DNA of 64,000 bases, taken from positions 1,415 to 65,414 of the forward strand of contig JAGRLZ010000201.1 in the NCBI GenBank assembly GCA_020441545.1, in the 5' to 3' direction. Below the pieces are notes generated by a model, which had not been told where the DNA came from, did not search any database, and saw nothing but the letters and a program-made list of their open reading frames with translations. The translations under genes and the position numbers were made by a program. This DNA comes from Xanthobacteraceae bacterium (GTDB lineage Bacteria; Pseudomonadota; Alphaproteobacteria; Rhizobiales; Xanthobacteraceae). Position 1 is the first letter of the stretch, and every line of letters begins with the position of its first letter. Shown here in pieces: positions 37,620 to 45,489 of this stretch.

Positions 37620-37737
37620 GTCATTGCGAGCACCCGGATCAGCGCTCCGCGCTGTCCGAGCACAGGCTCCGCGAAGCAATCCAGAGGCTGCGAAGAAAAG
37701 AACTGGATTGCCTCGTCGCTTCGCTCCTCGCAATGAC
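37620..37737. repeat. Type-C MITE-like element (GTCATTGCGAG...CTCGCAATGAC)
   Basis: 11-bp terminal inverted repeats and an internal AATCCAG/CTGGATT inverted repeat. Confidence 0.8.
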
Positions 37738-37765
37738 GGTCAACCGATCCGCATCTATCGAATCA

Positions 37766-38695
37766 TCACTTGTTCAGAAAGTTCAGCGGCAGGCCGCCGC
37801 GCGGCCAGTCCATCGCGATCAGCTCGCCGCGGCCCGACAGCGTGATGTAGGCGGTCTTCAGCCCCTCGCCGCCGAAGGCGATGTTGGTGGTGACGCGGTC
37901 GCCGGTCTCGACCTGCTCGACCAGCTTGCCGTCCGGCGCGATCACCGAGATGCAGCCGGAGATCAGCGTCGCCACGCAGACATTGCCCGAGGCTTCCACC
38001 GCCAGCGAATCGAACATCTGGTAGCCGCCGAGGCCGCAGATCGGCCTGCCGCGCTCGCCGCGATAGATCACGTCGCGCGGCTTCACCTCGCCCGGCGCGA
38101 CCAGGTCATAAGCCCACAGCCGCGCGGTCGGCGTCTCGGCGACGTAGACCGTGTTCTCATCCGGCGACAGGCCGATGCCGTTGGCGGGCAGCATGCCGAA
38201 CACGGCTTCGACCACCTCGTTCGTCTTCGGCTTCATGTAATAGAACGCGCCGACATCCATGTCGCGGGCGCGGCGCTTGCCGAGGTCGGAGAACCACAGT
38301 CCGCCCTGCCTGTCGAACACCAGGTCGTTGGGCCCTTTCAGCGGATGCTCGCCGCAGCGCTCGGCCAGGGTCTCGACCTTGCCGCTTTGCAGGTCGACGC
38401 GCTGGATCGAACCGCCGATATATTCATGCGGCGCCGGCGTGCCCGGCATCATGGTGCCACGCGAGGGAAACCAGCCGAAGCCGCCATTGTTGCAGACGTA
38501 GATCTTGCCGTCCGGCCCCATCGCCGCGCCGTTGGGGCCGCCGGGCATCTTCGCGACCACTTCCTTGCGGCCGTCCGGCCAGACGCGGGTCAGTTGCTGC
38601 GCGCGGATTTCGACCAGCACCACGGAGCCATCCGGCAACACCACGGGTCCTTCCGGAAATGCGAGATCGGTGGCGAGGACGCGGGCATTCGACAT
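37766..38695 (-). CDS. SMP-30/gluconolactonase/LRE family protein
   Basis: From ATG 38695: MSNARVLATDLAFPEGPVVLPDGS...PNDLVFDRQGGLWFSD...NGIGLSPDE. The 530-aa track ORF is over-extended. Confidence 0.8.
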   Translation of the reverse strand: MSNARVLATDLAFPEGPVVLPDGSVVLVEIRAQQLTRVWPDGRKEVVAKMPGGPNGAAMGPDGKIYVCNNGGFGWFPSRGTMMPGTPAPHEYIGGSIQRVDLQSGKVETLAERCGEHPLKGPNDLVFDRQGGLWFSDLGKRRARDMDVGAFYYMKPKTNEVVEAVFGMLPANGIGLSPDENTVYVAETPTARLWAYDLVAPGEVKPRDVIYRGERGRPICGLGGYQMFDSLAVEASGNVCVATLISGCISVIAPDGKLVEQVETGDRVTTNIAFGGEGLKTAYITLSGRGELIAMDWPRGGLPLNFLNK

Positions 38696-38861
38696 GAAGG
38701 CTCCCTGTGGCTTTTCTTTATCTCTTGAGACATGCGCGGACGTGGCGCGAGGCAGATCGAGTAAAGCAAACAACCCCCGACCTGCCAAGGCGCAGTCGTC
38801 TCGCGCCGCCTTGCGCGACGCGGCGCAGCCATGCGCAAGGCCCGGCAGAAATTCTCGCGTC

Positions 38862-38935
38862 GTCATTGCCCGGCTTGACCCGGCAATCCATCTTCTTTTG
38901 AAGGGATGGATGCCCGGATCAAGTCCGGGCATGAC
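38862..38935. repeat. Short type-C-like palindromic element (GTCATTGCCCGG...CCGGGCATGAC)
   Basis: Terminal inverted repeat and an internal CCATC..GATGG inverted repeat. Confidence 0.7.
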
Positions 38936-38996
38936 GGGTGGCGATCCATCCCGAAACAACTTGCGTCGGCTGAATACCGCAACGAGGAAACGTCCC

Positions 38997-39827
38997 ATGC
39001 CGAACCAGACCGCACCCGCCTCAAAGACCCTCGATGACGAGGTGCTGTACGATTCGCGCGACCGCATCGCCACCATCACCCTGAACCGGCCGGACCGGCT
39101 CAACACCATCTCGCGGCCGATGCTGGAACAGCTCGGGCAGTTGCTGTTGCAGGCCGATGCCGACCCGGACGTGCGCGTGGTGGTGCTCACCGGCAGCGGC
39201 CGTGCCTTCTGCGCCGGGCTCGACATGACGGCGGCGACCAGGGGCGAAGGCATCGGCGCGCAGAACGACGCCGACAGCGTCCGCACCACGCTCGACCTCA
39301 AGACCGCGCCGCCGACCATCCTGTTCGACATGGAGAAGCCGACCATCTGCGCGCTCAACGGCAGTGCGGCCGGCTACGGCATGGACATCGCGCTCGGCTG
39401 CGACATCCGCATCATGGCGGCGGGCGCGAAGTTCGCCGCCGCCTTCGTCAAGCGCGGCGTGGTGCCGGAATCCGGCGGCACCTGGTTCCTGCCGCGCATG
39501 ATCGGCTGGGCCAAGGCGGCGGAGCTGGTCTTCACCGGGCGGACGTTATCGGCGCAGCAAAGCCTGGAGCTGGGCCTGACCAACGAAGTGGTGCCGGACG
39601 ACGACCTGACATCGCGCGCCCAGGCGGTGGCCGCCGAGATCGCCGCCAATGCACCGCTGGCGGTGCAGGCCGCCAAGCGGATGATGCGCTCCGGCCTGTC
39701 GGAGAATTTCGGCGATCACGTCCATCACGTCTTCCTGCAACTGCTGCCGCTGTTCCGCACCGCGGACTTCCGCGAAGGCATGGCATCGTTCCTCGAAAAG
39801 CGGCCGCCCGATTTCAAGGGCCGCTAG
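38997..39827 (+). CDS. Enoyl-CoA hydratase/isomerase family protein
   Basis: ITLNRPDRLN, VVVLTGSGRAFCAGLD, GYGMDIALGCD, EGMASFLEKR. The TAG stop lies inside the repeat terminus. Confidence 0.85.
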   Translation: MPNQTAPASKTLDDEVLYDSRDRIATITLNRPDRLNTISRPMLEQLGQLLLQADADPDVRVVVLTGSGRAFCAGLDMTAATRGEGIGAQNDADSVRTTLDLKTAPPTILFDMEKPTICALNGSAAGYGMDIALGCDIRIMAAGAKFAAAFVKRGVVPESGGTWFLPRMIGWAKAAELVFTGRTLSAQQSLELGLTNEVVPDDDLTSRAQAVAAEIAANAPLAVQAAKRMMRSGLSENFGDHVHHVFLQLLPLFRTADFREGMASFLEKRPPDFKGR

Positions 39828-39926
39828 AGCCATTTCCGTTCCGATCAAATCGGAACGGGGCCCTGTATCCTTGTTTGAACGCGTTTTCTCGACGCGAACC
39901 GGCACCCGCTTCACTCGAAAACGCTC
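39824..39926. repeat. Type-A structured repeat
   Basis: CTAGAGCCATTTCCGTTCCGAT-CAA-ATCGGAACGGGG...GAACGCGTTTTC...CGAACCGGCACCCGCTTCACTCGAAAACGCTC. Confidence 0.85.
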
Positions 39927-39957
39927 CGACGCCCGCCGCGGCCGCGCGGCTGCGCCC

Positions 39958-40362
39958 TTATTTCTTTGCGGTGCCGCCGTCGTCCTTCGGCGCGTCCTTG
40001 GTCGCGTCCTTGGTCGCGTTCCTGGCCGCACCCTTGCCGTCCCTGGCCGGCTCGTGCTTCTTCCGCGCGGCCTGCAAGGCGTCGACATCCTTTCGCAGCG
40101 ATGCGACCGTCGCCCTGAGCGCCTCCACCTGCCGCGCCAGCGCATCGAGCTTGCGCTGATGGTCGAGCGTCATCCGCGTCATCGTCGACTTGAGGAATTC
40201 GACGTTGCTCTGCAGGCAGCCGGTGCGCCGCGCCATGTTCTTCTCGACCGTGCAGATCTCGATGCCGGGGACGTCCTGCGCCCGGCCGGCGGCGGCCGGC
40301 AGCAGCCCGGCCACAATCAGCGGCAGCACGCGCAGCATCCTGGTGAACGTCATCGGCATCAT
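39958..40362 (-). CDS. Secreted coiled-coil protein with C-terminal (KDAT/P) repeats
   Basis: Signal peptide, high GC3, heptad region, NATKDATKDAPKDD encoded by a 12-bp repeat (~39980..40027). Confidence 0.6.
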   Translation of the reverse strand: MMPMTFTRMLRVLPLIVAGLLPAAAGRAQDVPGIEICTVEKNMARRTGCLQSNVEFLKSTMTRMTLDHQRKLDALARQVEALRATVASLRKDVDALQAARKKHEPARDGKGAARNATKDATKDAPKDDGGTAKK

Positions 40363-40676
40363 CCTTCACCCTTCGGTTCGGCCGCCGGCCGTGCCGATAC
40401 CCGGACGGCAAGTCGCGGCATCGCATGGTGGCATGAAGGGTCCAGCGAAGCCGGCCCGGCATCCCGCTGTCAACCGGCAGCGGCGATGAGCCGCGAACGG
40501 CACCTCGAACGCAACCGTGCCTTTCGCAAATCGCTTGTGGCCGAGTGCGCCGCGATCATATCTGCGCCGCAATCCGGCGCAGACTGTTGAATCGTTCCGT
40601 CGGCGATCGATCGGGGGTGGCGCTCGGATCTCCCGCTGGCGGCACGTTTCTTGATCGATTTTGGGGAGCGGGACTT

Positions 40677-40886
40677 ATGGCGACACGGGAACGACGTCTG
40701 GCGGAATTCGATGGACATGGCGAACCACCGGAAGACCTGATGGTGCAGGTGCTGTGCGAGGACCACAGCGGCACCTATCAACTTCCCTTCGCCTGCCGTT
40801 TCGTCGACGGCTTGTGGCGCAACAGCAAGACCGGCGGACGCATCGAGGCCAATGTGATCGGTTGGCGGCTACCGTCCGGCCGATAG
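40677..40886 (+). CDS. 69-aa hypothetical protein
   Basis: ATG with a GGGGAG upstream and moderate GC3. No recognisable motif. Confidence 0.4.
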   Translation: MATRERRLAEFDGHGEPPEDLMVQVLCEDHSGTYQLPFACRFVDGLWRNSKTGGRIEANVIGWRLPSGR

Positions 40887-41112
40887 CGGCTGTCCCGATT
40901 TGCAACAGCGGGCACGGCTCGCGTTAACCTTCGGAACGACGCTGGAACGAAGCGGGGCCGAATCAGCTTTCGGCACGGCGGCATCGTTGCATGCCACAAG
41001 ATGATGGGCATCCCGCCGGAACGATACGCCAGATCGGGCGGCGCACGGATGCGCCATGCACCGATGCCCGGCGCCGCCGGTTAACGCAGCGTCCCCGGTC
41101 GACGCCAAGCCT

Positions 41113-41180
41113 CTGTTGATAAGCCTCTGTTGATAAGTCTCTGTTGACAAGCCCCTGTTGACACCAAACCCCTGTTGACA
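41113..41180. repeat. Array of five CTGTTGA(T/C)A motifs (period 14,14,14,17 bp)
   Basis: CTGTTGA occurs at 41113, 41127, 41141, 41155 and 41172. The last three read CTGTTGACA (a -35-like hexamer). Confidence 0.9.
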
Positions 41181-41282
41181 TCAGGCCGGGCAGATCCGCC
41201 CCGGCCGGTCAATTTGACGGAAAAGTACCGGCCATCCCCCAAATGGGTGATGCCAAAGCCCTGCGCTCGTTATAGTTGTGGA

Positions 41283-41400
41283 TGGCCGACCGTCGGACCT
41301 CCAGGCGACGGTCTCCTGATTTTACCGCCCCGGCGGCCAAATCATTGCCTTTCACAACGATAATCGCGTTCAAGGCCGGCCCTCGGGCCGGCCTTTATTT
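41283..41400 (+). ncRNA. Candidate small RNA with anti-SD-like loop (speculative)
   Basis: TATAGT at 41271-41276. Perfect 8-bp hairpin 41288-41313 with loop GACCUCCAGG, then UCUCCUGAUUUU. Ends at the strong terminator 41374-41400. There is no plus-strand CDS between 40886 and the terminator. Confidence 0.3.
41374..41400 (+). terminator. Rho-independent terminator (T-run only on plus strand)
   Basis: GGCCGGCC-CTCG-GGCCGGCC followed by TTTATTT. Confidence 0.65.
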
Positions 41401-41673
41401 CATCGCATGATTCCATGGCGTGACTTCATGGCGTGCGGACCGGGCGTTCAGCCGCCCGACGGCGAACCGCGCCGCAGCGCCGAACACATCGACGCCGGCG
41501 GCGATGAAACCGAGCAGCGCGAGGCTGCGGGTGATATTGCCTGGACATTCGGCGCACAACTTCGGCAGCAACACGGCGACAGCCATGAAGGCGATAGCGT
41601 TGAAGATGGCGAGGACGCATGACGCGAAACCGCCGGCGCGGTTCACCGATACGAAGCGCATGCCCGACGGCAT
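41395..41673 (-). CDS. 92-aa two-TM membrane protein, unknown function
   Basis: ATG start, high GC3, two hydrophobic helices. Confidence 0.5.
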   Translation of the reverse strand: MPSGMRFVSVNRAGGFASCVLAIFNAIAFMAVAVLLPKLCAECPGNITRSLALLGFIAAGVDVFGAAARFAVGRLNARSARHEVTPWNHAMK

Positions 41674-41822
41674 GCCGCCGCATCGTCACAACTCTTCTCG
41701 CGTCCCGACACACTCCGCGCCGCACCGACGCAATCCCTGCATGCCCCAAATGATCGGGCAATGTGCGTCGTCACCGTGTATAGTCCCGGTCGTCGTGAGC
41801 CACCAGTCAGAGTGCCGCATCC

Positions 41823-43178
41823 ATGAGCAACGATTTCTTTTCCGGTCTCCTCGCCTCGATCTCCGAGCGCGGCCGCAGCCTGCTGCGGCGCGGAGGCTGG
41901 ACCAGCGACGCGCCGCTCGATGCCACCGGCGTTACCGCGCTGTGCGAGGCATTGCTGTCCGGCCGCGGCGAGGCGTCGGGCACCGTGCTGGCGCGCGACG
42001 TGCTCGACGCCTACCGCATCCTCGATGACGACAAACGGCTCGAATTCTTCGAAACGCTGGCGCGCGCCTACGGCCCCGACCGCGACAGGGTGGAGCAGGC
42101 GATCGAGGTGTGGCGCAGCGGCGTCGGCGGTGCCGGCGGCAGCCTGCACTTCGCGTCCGAGCCGCGGCGGCAGGAATTGTTCCGGCGGCTCAATCGCGCC
42201 CCCGGCGGCACCGGCGACCTGGTCGGCATGCGCGCCGACCTGCTCCAGTTCGGTAAAGGTCGCAACGACCTCGACACCGTCGACCGCGACCTGGTCCATC
42301 TGTTCATCTCCTGGTTCAATCGGGGGTTTCTCGTGCTGCGCCGGATCGACTGGTCAAGCCCCGCCAACATTCTCGAGAAGGTGATCCGCTATGAGGCGGT
42401 ACACGAGATCCACGACTGGGACGACCTGCGGCGACGCATCGATCCGGTGGACCGGCGCTGCTACGCCTTCTTCCATCCGACGCTGCCGGAGGAGCCGCTG
42501 ATCTTCGTGGAGGTCGCGCTGACCGAAGCCATCCCGGGCGCGATCGCGCCGCTGTTGGCGAAGGACCGGGTGCCGGTGCCGGTCGAGCACGCGCGCACCG
42601 CGGTGTTCTACTCGATCTCCAACACCCAGCGCGGGCTTGCCGGCATTTCCTTCGGCAACTTCCTCATCAAGCAGGTGGTGGAGGAGTTGCGCCGCGAACT
42701 GCCGAAGCTCGACACCTTCGTGACGCTGTCGCCGGTGCCCGGCTTCATGCGCTGGCTGAAGCGCGAGGACAGCCTTCCGCTCACCGGCGACGGCCGCGCC
42801 CTGCTCGCGCATCTCGATGATAACGACACCTGGGTCGACGATCCCGGACTGGTGGAGAGCCTGCGCGCGGTGATCGAACCGCTGGCGGCCTATTACTTCC
42901 TGAAGGCGAAGAACCCGCGCGGCAAGCCGGTCGATCCGGTGGCGCGCTTCCATCTCGGCAACGGCGCGCGGCTCGAACAGATCAACTGGCTCGGCGACCT
43001 GTCGCCGAAGGGCTTGCGCGAATCCGCCGGCATCATGGTGAACTACCTCTACCGGCTCGAGGACATCGAGAAGAACCACGAAGCCTATGCCAACGACGAC
43101 GAGGTGGTCGCCTCCAACGCGGTCAAGAAGCTGCTCAAGACCGAAGGGCGAAGGTTGCTGGATTTGAGGCTGTCGTAG
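41823..43178 (+). CDS. Malonyl-CoA decarboxylase
   Basis: 451 aa, with NFLIKQVVEEL, FVTLSPVPGF, ARFHLGNGARLE, VNYLY, as recalled for the MCD family. Confidence 0.85.
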   Translation: MSNDFFSGLLASISERGRSLLRRGGWTSDAPLDATGVTALCEALLSGRGEASGTVLARDVLDAYRILDDDKRLEFFETLARAYGPDRDRVEQAIEVWRSGVGGAGGSLHFASEPRRQELFRRLNRAPGGTGDLVGMRADLLQFGKGRNDLDTVDRDLVHLFISWFNRGFLVLRRIDWSSPANILEKVIRYEAVHEIHDWDDLRRRIDPVDRRCYAFFHPTLPEEPLIFVEVALTEAIPGAIAPLLAKDRVPVPVEHARTAVFYSISNTQRGLAGISFGNFLIKQVVEELRRELPKLDTFVTLSPVPGFMRWLKREDSLPLTGDGRALLAHLDDNDTWVDDPGLVESLRAVIEPLAAYYFLKAKNPRGKPVDPVARFHLGNGARLEQINWLGDLSPKGLRESAGIMVNYLYRLEDIEKNHEAYANDDEVVASNAVKKLLKTEGRRLLDLRLS

Positions 43179-43218
43179 GCGTGTTGCGACACGTCGCGCC
43201 GCCCGCGCGCCTGCATCG

Positions 43219-43322
43219 GAAGCGTTTTCGAGCGAAGCGGGTGCCGGTTCGCGTGAAGAAAACGCGTTGAAACAAGGATAGAAAGCCCCGTTCCGATTTG
43301 ATCGAAACGGAAATGGCTCTAG
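43219..43322. repeat. Type-A structured repeat (inverted orientation)
   Basis: GAAGCGTTTTCGAGCGAAGCGGGTGCCGGTTCGCG...GGCTCTAG. The terminal CTAG contains the ccdA stop (minus-strand TAG at 43321-43319). Confidence 0.85.
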
Positions 43323-44041
43323 AAGCGCGTGGTCAGCGACGTCAGCCATGCGGGCGAGGCGTTGACGAGATAGGTCTCGAGCGCCTTGTCGAGCCCGGTC
43401 ACGATCAGCACGCCGGCAGCGATCAGCATCACGGCAAGCACCTGCTTCATCACCTGGCCGGCGGTCGCCATGCGCTGCCGCCAACGGATCAGGACATCCC
43501 GGGACACCGCGCCGAGGACCACCAGCGGCAGCGCCGCGCCAATTCCGAACACCGCCATGGTCGCGCCGACCGCGGCGATATCCTTGCCCTGCGCGGCCAG
43601 CACGGACGCGGCGCCGAGCGTCGGGCCGACGCAGGGGCTCCACACCGCGCCCAGCAGCAGTCCCATCGCGAACTGCCCCTGCAGGCCGGACATCGGCCCG
43701 CCGCCGAAGGTCTGATCGACCCAGTTACCGACCGGGCCGCCGGCGGTGGCCACGCGGGCCTGCAATGCCGGCACCATCAGCACCACGCCGATGACGATCA
43801 TCGCGACCGCGGCGACACGCCGGACGACCTCACCATCGAGCCCGATGGAGAAGCCGACCGTGGCGACGAACAGCCCGACCGCGACGAAGGAGACGGCGAC
43901 GCCCGCCGCCAGCGCCGCCGGACCGAAGCGATGCTCCGACGCCGCGGCACCGAGCACGATCGGCAGCAGCGGCAGCACGCATGGCGACAGGACCGAAAGC
44001 AGCCCCGCCAGCAGCGCCAGGCCGAGCGTCGCGAGCGTCAT
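43319..44041 (-). CDS. ccdA: Cytochrome c biogenesis protein CcdA / DsbD-like thiol-disulfide transporter
   Basis: LSVLSPCVLPLLP and WSPCVGPTLG, two conserved Cys motifs. Multi-TM. Confidence 0.85.
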   Translation of the reverse strand: MTLATLGLALLAGLLSVLSPCVLPLLPIVLGAAASEHRFGPAALAAGVAVSFVAVGLFVATVGFSIGLDGEVVRRVAAVAMIVIGVVLMVPALQARVATAGGPVGNWVDQTFGGGPMSGLQGQFAMGLLLGAVWSPCVGPTLGAASVLAAQGKDIAAVGATMAVFGIGAALPLVVLGAVSRDVLIRWRQRMATAGQVMKQVLAVMLIAAGVLIVTGLDKALETYLVNASPAWLTSLTTRF

Positions 44042-44044
44042 GGG

Positions 44045-44539
44045 TCAGATCGCCTTGCCGAGCAGCGCGGCGATCGACGTCTCGTTGGTATCGCCGACCG
44101 AGCGTCCCACTTCGTGCTTGCCCTTGAAGGCGATCAGGGTGCTCTGCATGCGCGCGCCGAACGCCCGCACCGCCTCCTTCTGGGAGTCGTAATCGACGCG
44201 GAACACCACCAGGTTCCTGAACTTGTCCTGTCCTTCGAGCTTGGCGAGGATCGGGGCTTGTGCCTTGCAGGTCGGGCACCACGACGCATGGATTTCGACC
44301 AGGATCGGCTTGCCCGCGGCTTGCGCGGATGCGAACGCCTTGCTGTCGAAGGGCTGGGGCCCGGCGGCTTGCGCGGCGAGGCCGGACGACACCATCAATA
44401 CCAGCCCGAGGACGAACGCGGCAGCGACGGACCTGATGGACAGCGACCTCTTGACGGACAGCGACTTGACGGACAGCGACTTGACGGACCACGACCTCGG
44501 GATCGACGTCTTCCAGACCAGCGACTTCCAGACCAACAT
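44045..44539 (-). CDS. Secreted thioredoxin-family protein (WCPTC)
   Basis: ILVEIHASWCPTCKAQ. GGGGAGG SD 5 nt before ATG 44539. Repeat-encoded N-terminal extension. 3 nt upstream of ccdA. Confidence 0.85.
   Translation of the reverse strand: MLVWKSLVWKTSIPRSWSVKSLSVKSLSVKRSLSIRSVAAAFVLGLVLMVSSGLAAQAAGPQPFDSKAFASAQAAGKPILVEIHASWCPTCKAQAPILAKLEGQDKFRNLVVFRVDYDSQKEAVRAFGARMQSTLIAFKGKHEVGRSVGDTNETSIAALLGKAI
44438..44537. repeat. In-frame 15-bp tandem repeats inside the thioredoxin 5' end
   Basis: GGACAGCGAC(CTC)TTGAC x3-4 (encodes SVKSL repeats) and CTTCCAGACCAGCGA x2 (encodes LVWKS x2). Confidence 0.9.
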
Positions 44540-44739
44540 GGGACCTCCCCTTGAACAACACGTGTGTTTCTGCGGGTTCGGTCCGGATCGGACAATATTA
44601 CGCGGTCACGGCAATGTGAGCGGCCGGCGCGATCCGGGATCGCCGCCGCCGGGCCGGCCACGCCCCTCGCACGCGCGGCGCCCGCGAGGCGATGGCGCCG
44701 TTTTCGATCTCCGCGCCGCGCGGGACGTTATGGGGTCGT

Positions 44740-45006
44740 TCAGCTCCCGGCGTCGCGGAAATACGGCTCGACATTGCCGCTGAGCTTGATGGTGAGCGGA
44801 TTGCCGTGGCGATCCCTGGCGTTGCCCGCCGGAACGCGAATCCAGCCCTCGCTGACGCAGTATTCCTCGACGTTATTTTTCTCGACGCCCTTGAAGCGGA
44901 TACCGATGTCGTGCGCCAGCAGTTCCTCGTTGTAGTAGGGGCTGGCCGGATCGGTCGACAGCCGGTCCGGCAACCGATCGGCCGGCGGATGGGTATGGTC
45001 GGTCAA
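44740..45006 (-). CDS. DUF3297-like small protein
   Basis: PPADRLPDRLSTDPASPYYNEELLAHDIGIRFKGVEKNNVEEYCVSEGWIRV...GNPLTIKLSGNVEPYF. The proposed TTG start overlaps the gpx stop (TTGA). The track start 45111 is rejected. Confidence 0.6.
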   Translation of the reverse strand: MTDHTHPPADRLPDRLSTDPASPYYNEELLAHDIGIRFKGVEKNNVEEYCVSEGWIRVPAGNARDRHGNPLTIKLSGNVEPYFRDAGS

Positions 45007-45479
45007 AGCAGAGCCTCGATGTCCCTGGTCAAGCTTTCGGGCCGCGTGGTCGGCGGATGCCGCGCCACCACCCTGCCCGCCTTGTCGATCAGGAACTTGG
45101 TGAAATTCCATTTGATCGAGGTGCCGAGCAGCCCCGCTTTCTCACGTTTCAGGAACTTGTACAACGGGTGGGCGGCCTCGCCATTGACGTCGATCTTCTC
45201 GAACATCGGAAAGGTCACGTGATACTTGCTGTCGCAGAACGCCGCGATGTCGGCCGATGATCCCGGCTCCTGCCCGCCGAACTGGTTGCAGGGAAACCCG
45301 AGCACCGCGAAACCTTGCGGCGCATAGTGCTGATGGAGCTGCTCCAGCCCCTTGTATTGCGGGGTGAAGCCGCAGGCGCTGGCGGTGTTGACGATCAGCA
45401 GCGCCTTGCCTTCGAACTGTTGCAGCGGCACGTCGTGGCCATCGATCGCCCGCGCCGAGAAATCGTAGATCGTCGTCAT
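45003..45479 (-). CDS. gpx: Glutathione peroxidase (Cys type)
   Basis: From ATG 45479: MTTIYDFSARAIDG...LLIVNTASACGFTPQY...FPCNQFGGQEPG...WNFTKFL. Confidence 0.9.
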   Translation of the reverse strand: MTTIYDFSARAIDGHDVPLQQFEGKALLIVNTASACGFTPQYKGLEQLHQHYAPQGFAVLGFPCNQFGGQEPGSSADIAAFCDSKYHVTFPMFEKIDVNGEAAHPLYKFLKREKAGLLGTSIKWNFTKFLIDKAGRVVARHPPTTRPESLTRDIEALL

Positions 45480-45489
45480 GGATGTCCTT

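Noticed and set aside
44740-45111. Track start at 45111 for the DUF3297-like ORF (123 aa)
   Set aside because: The extra 35 codons overlap the gpx coding region and add non-conserved sequence. The family core begins at …THPPADRL…, so the TTG at 45006 is preferred.
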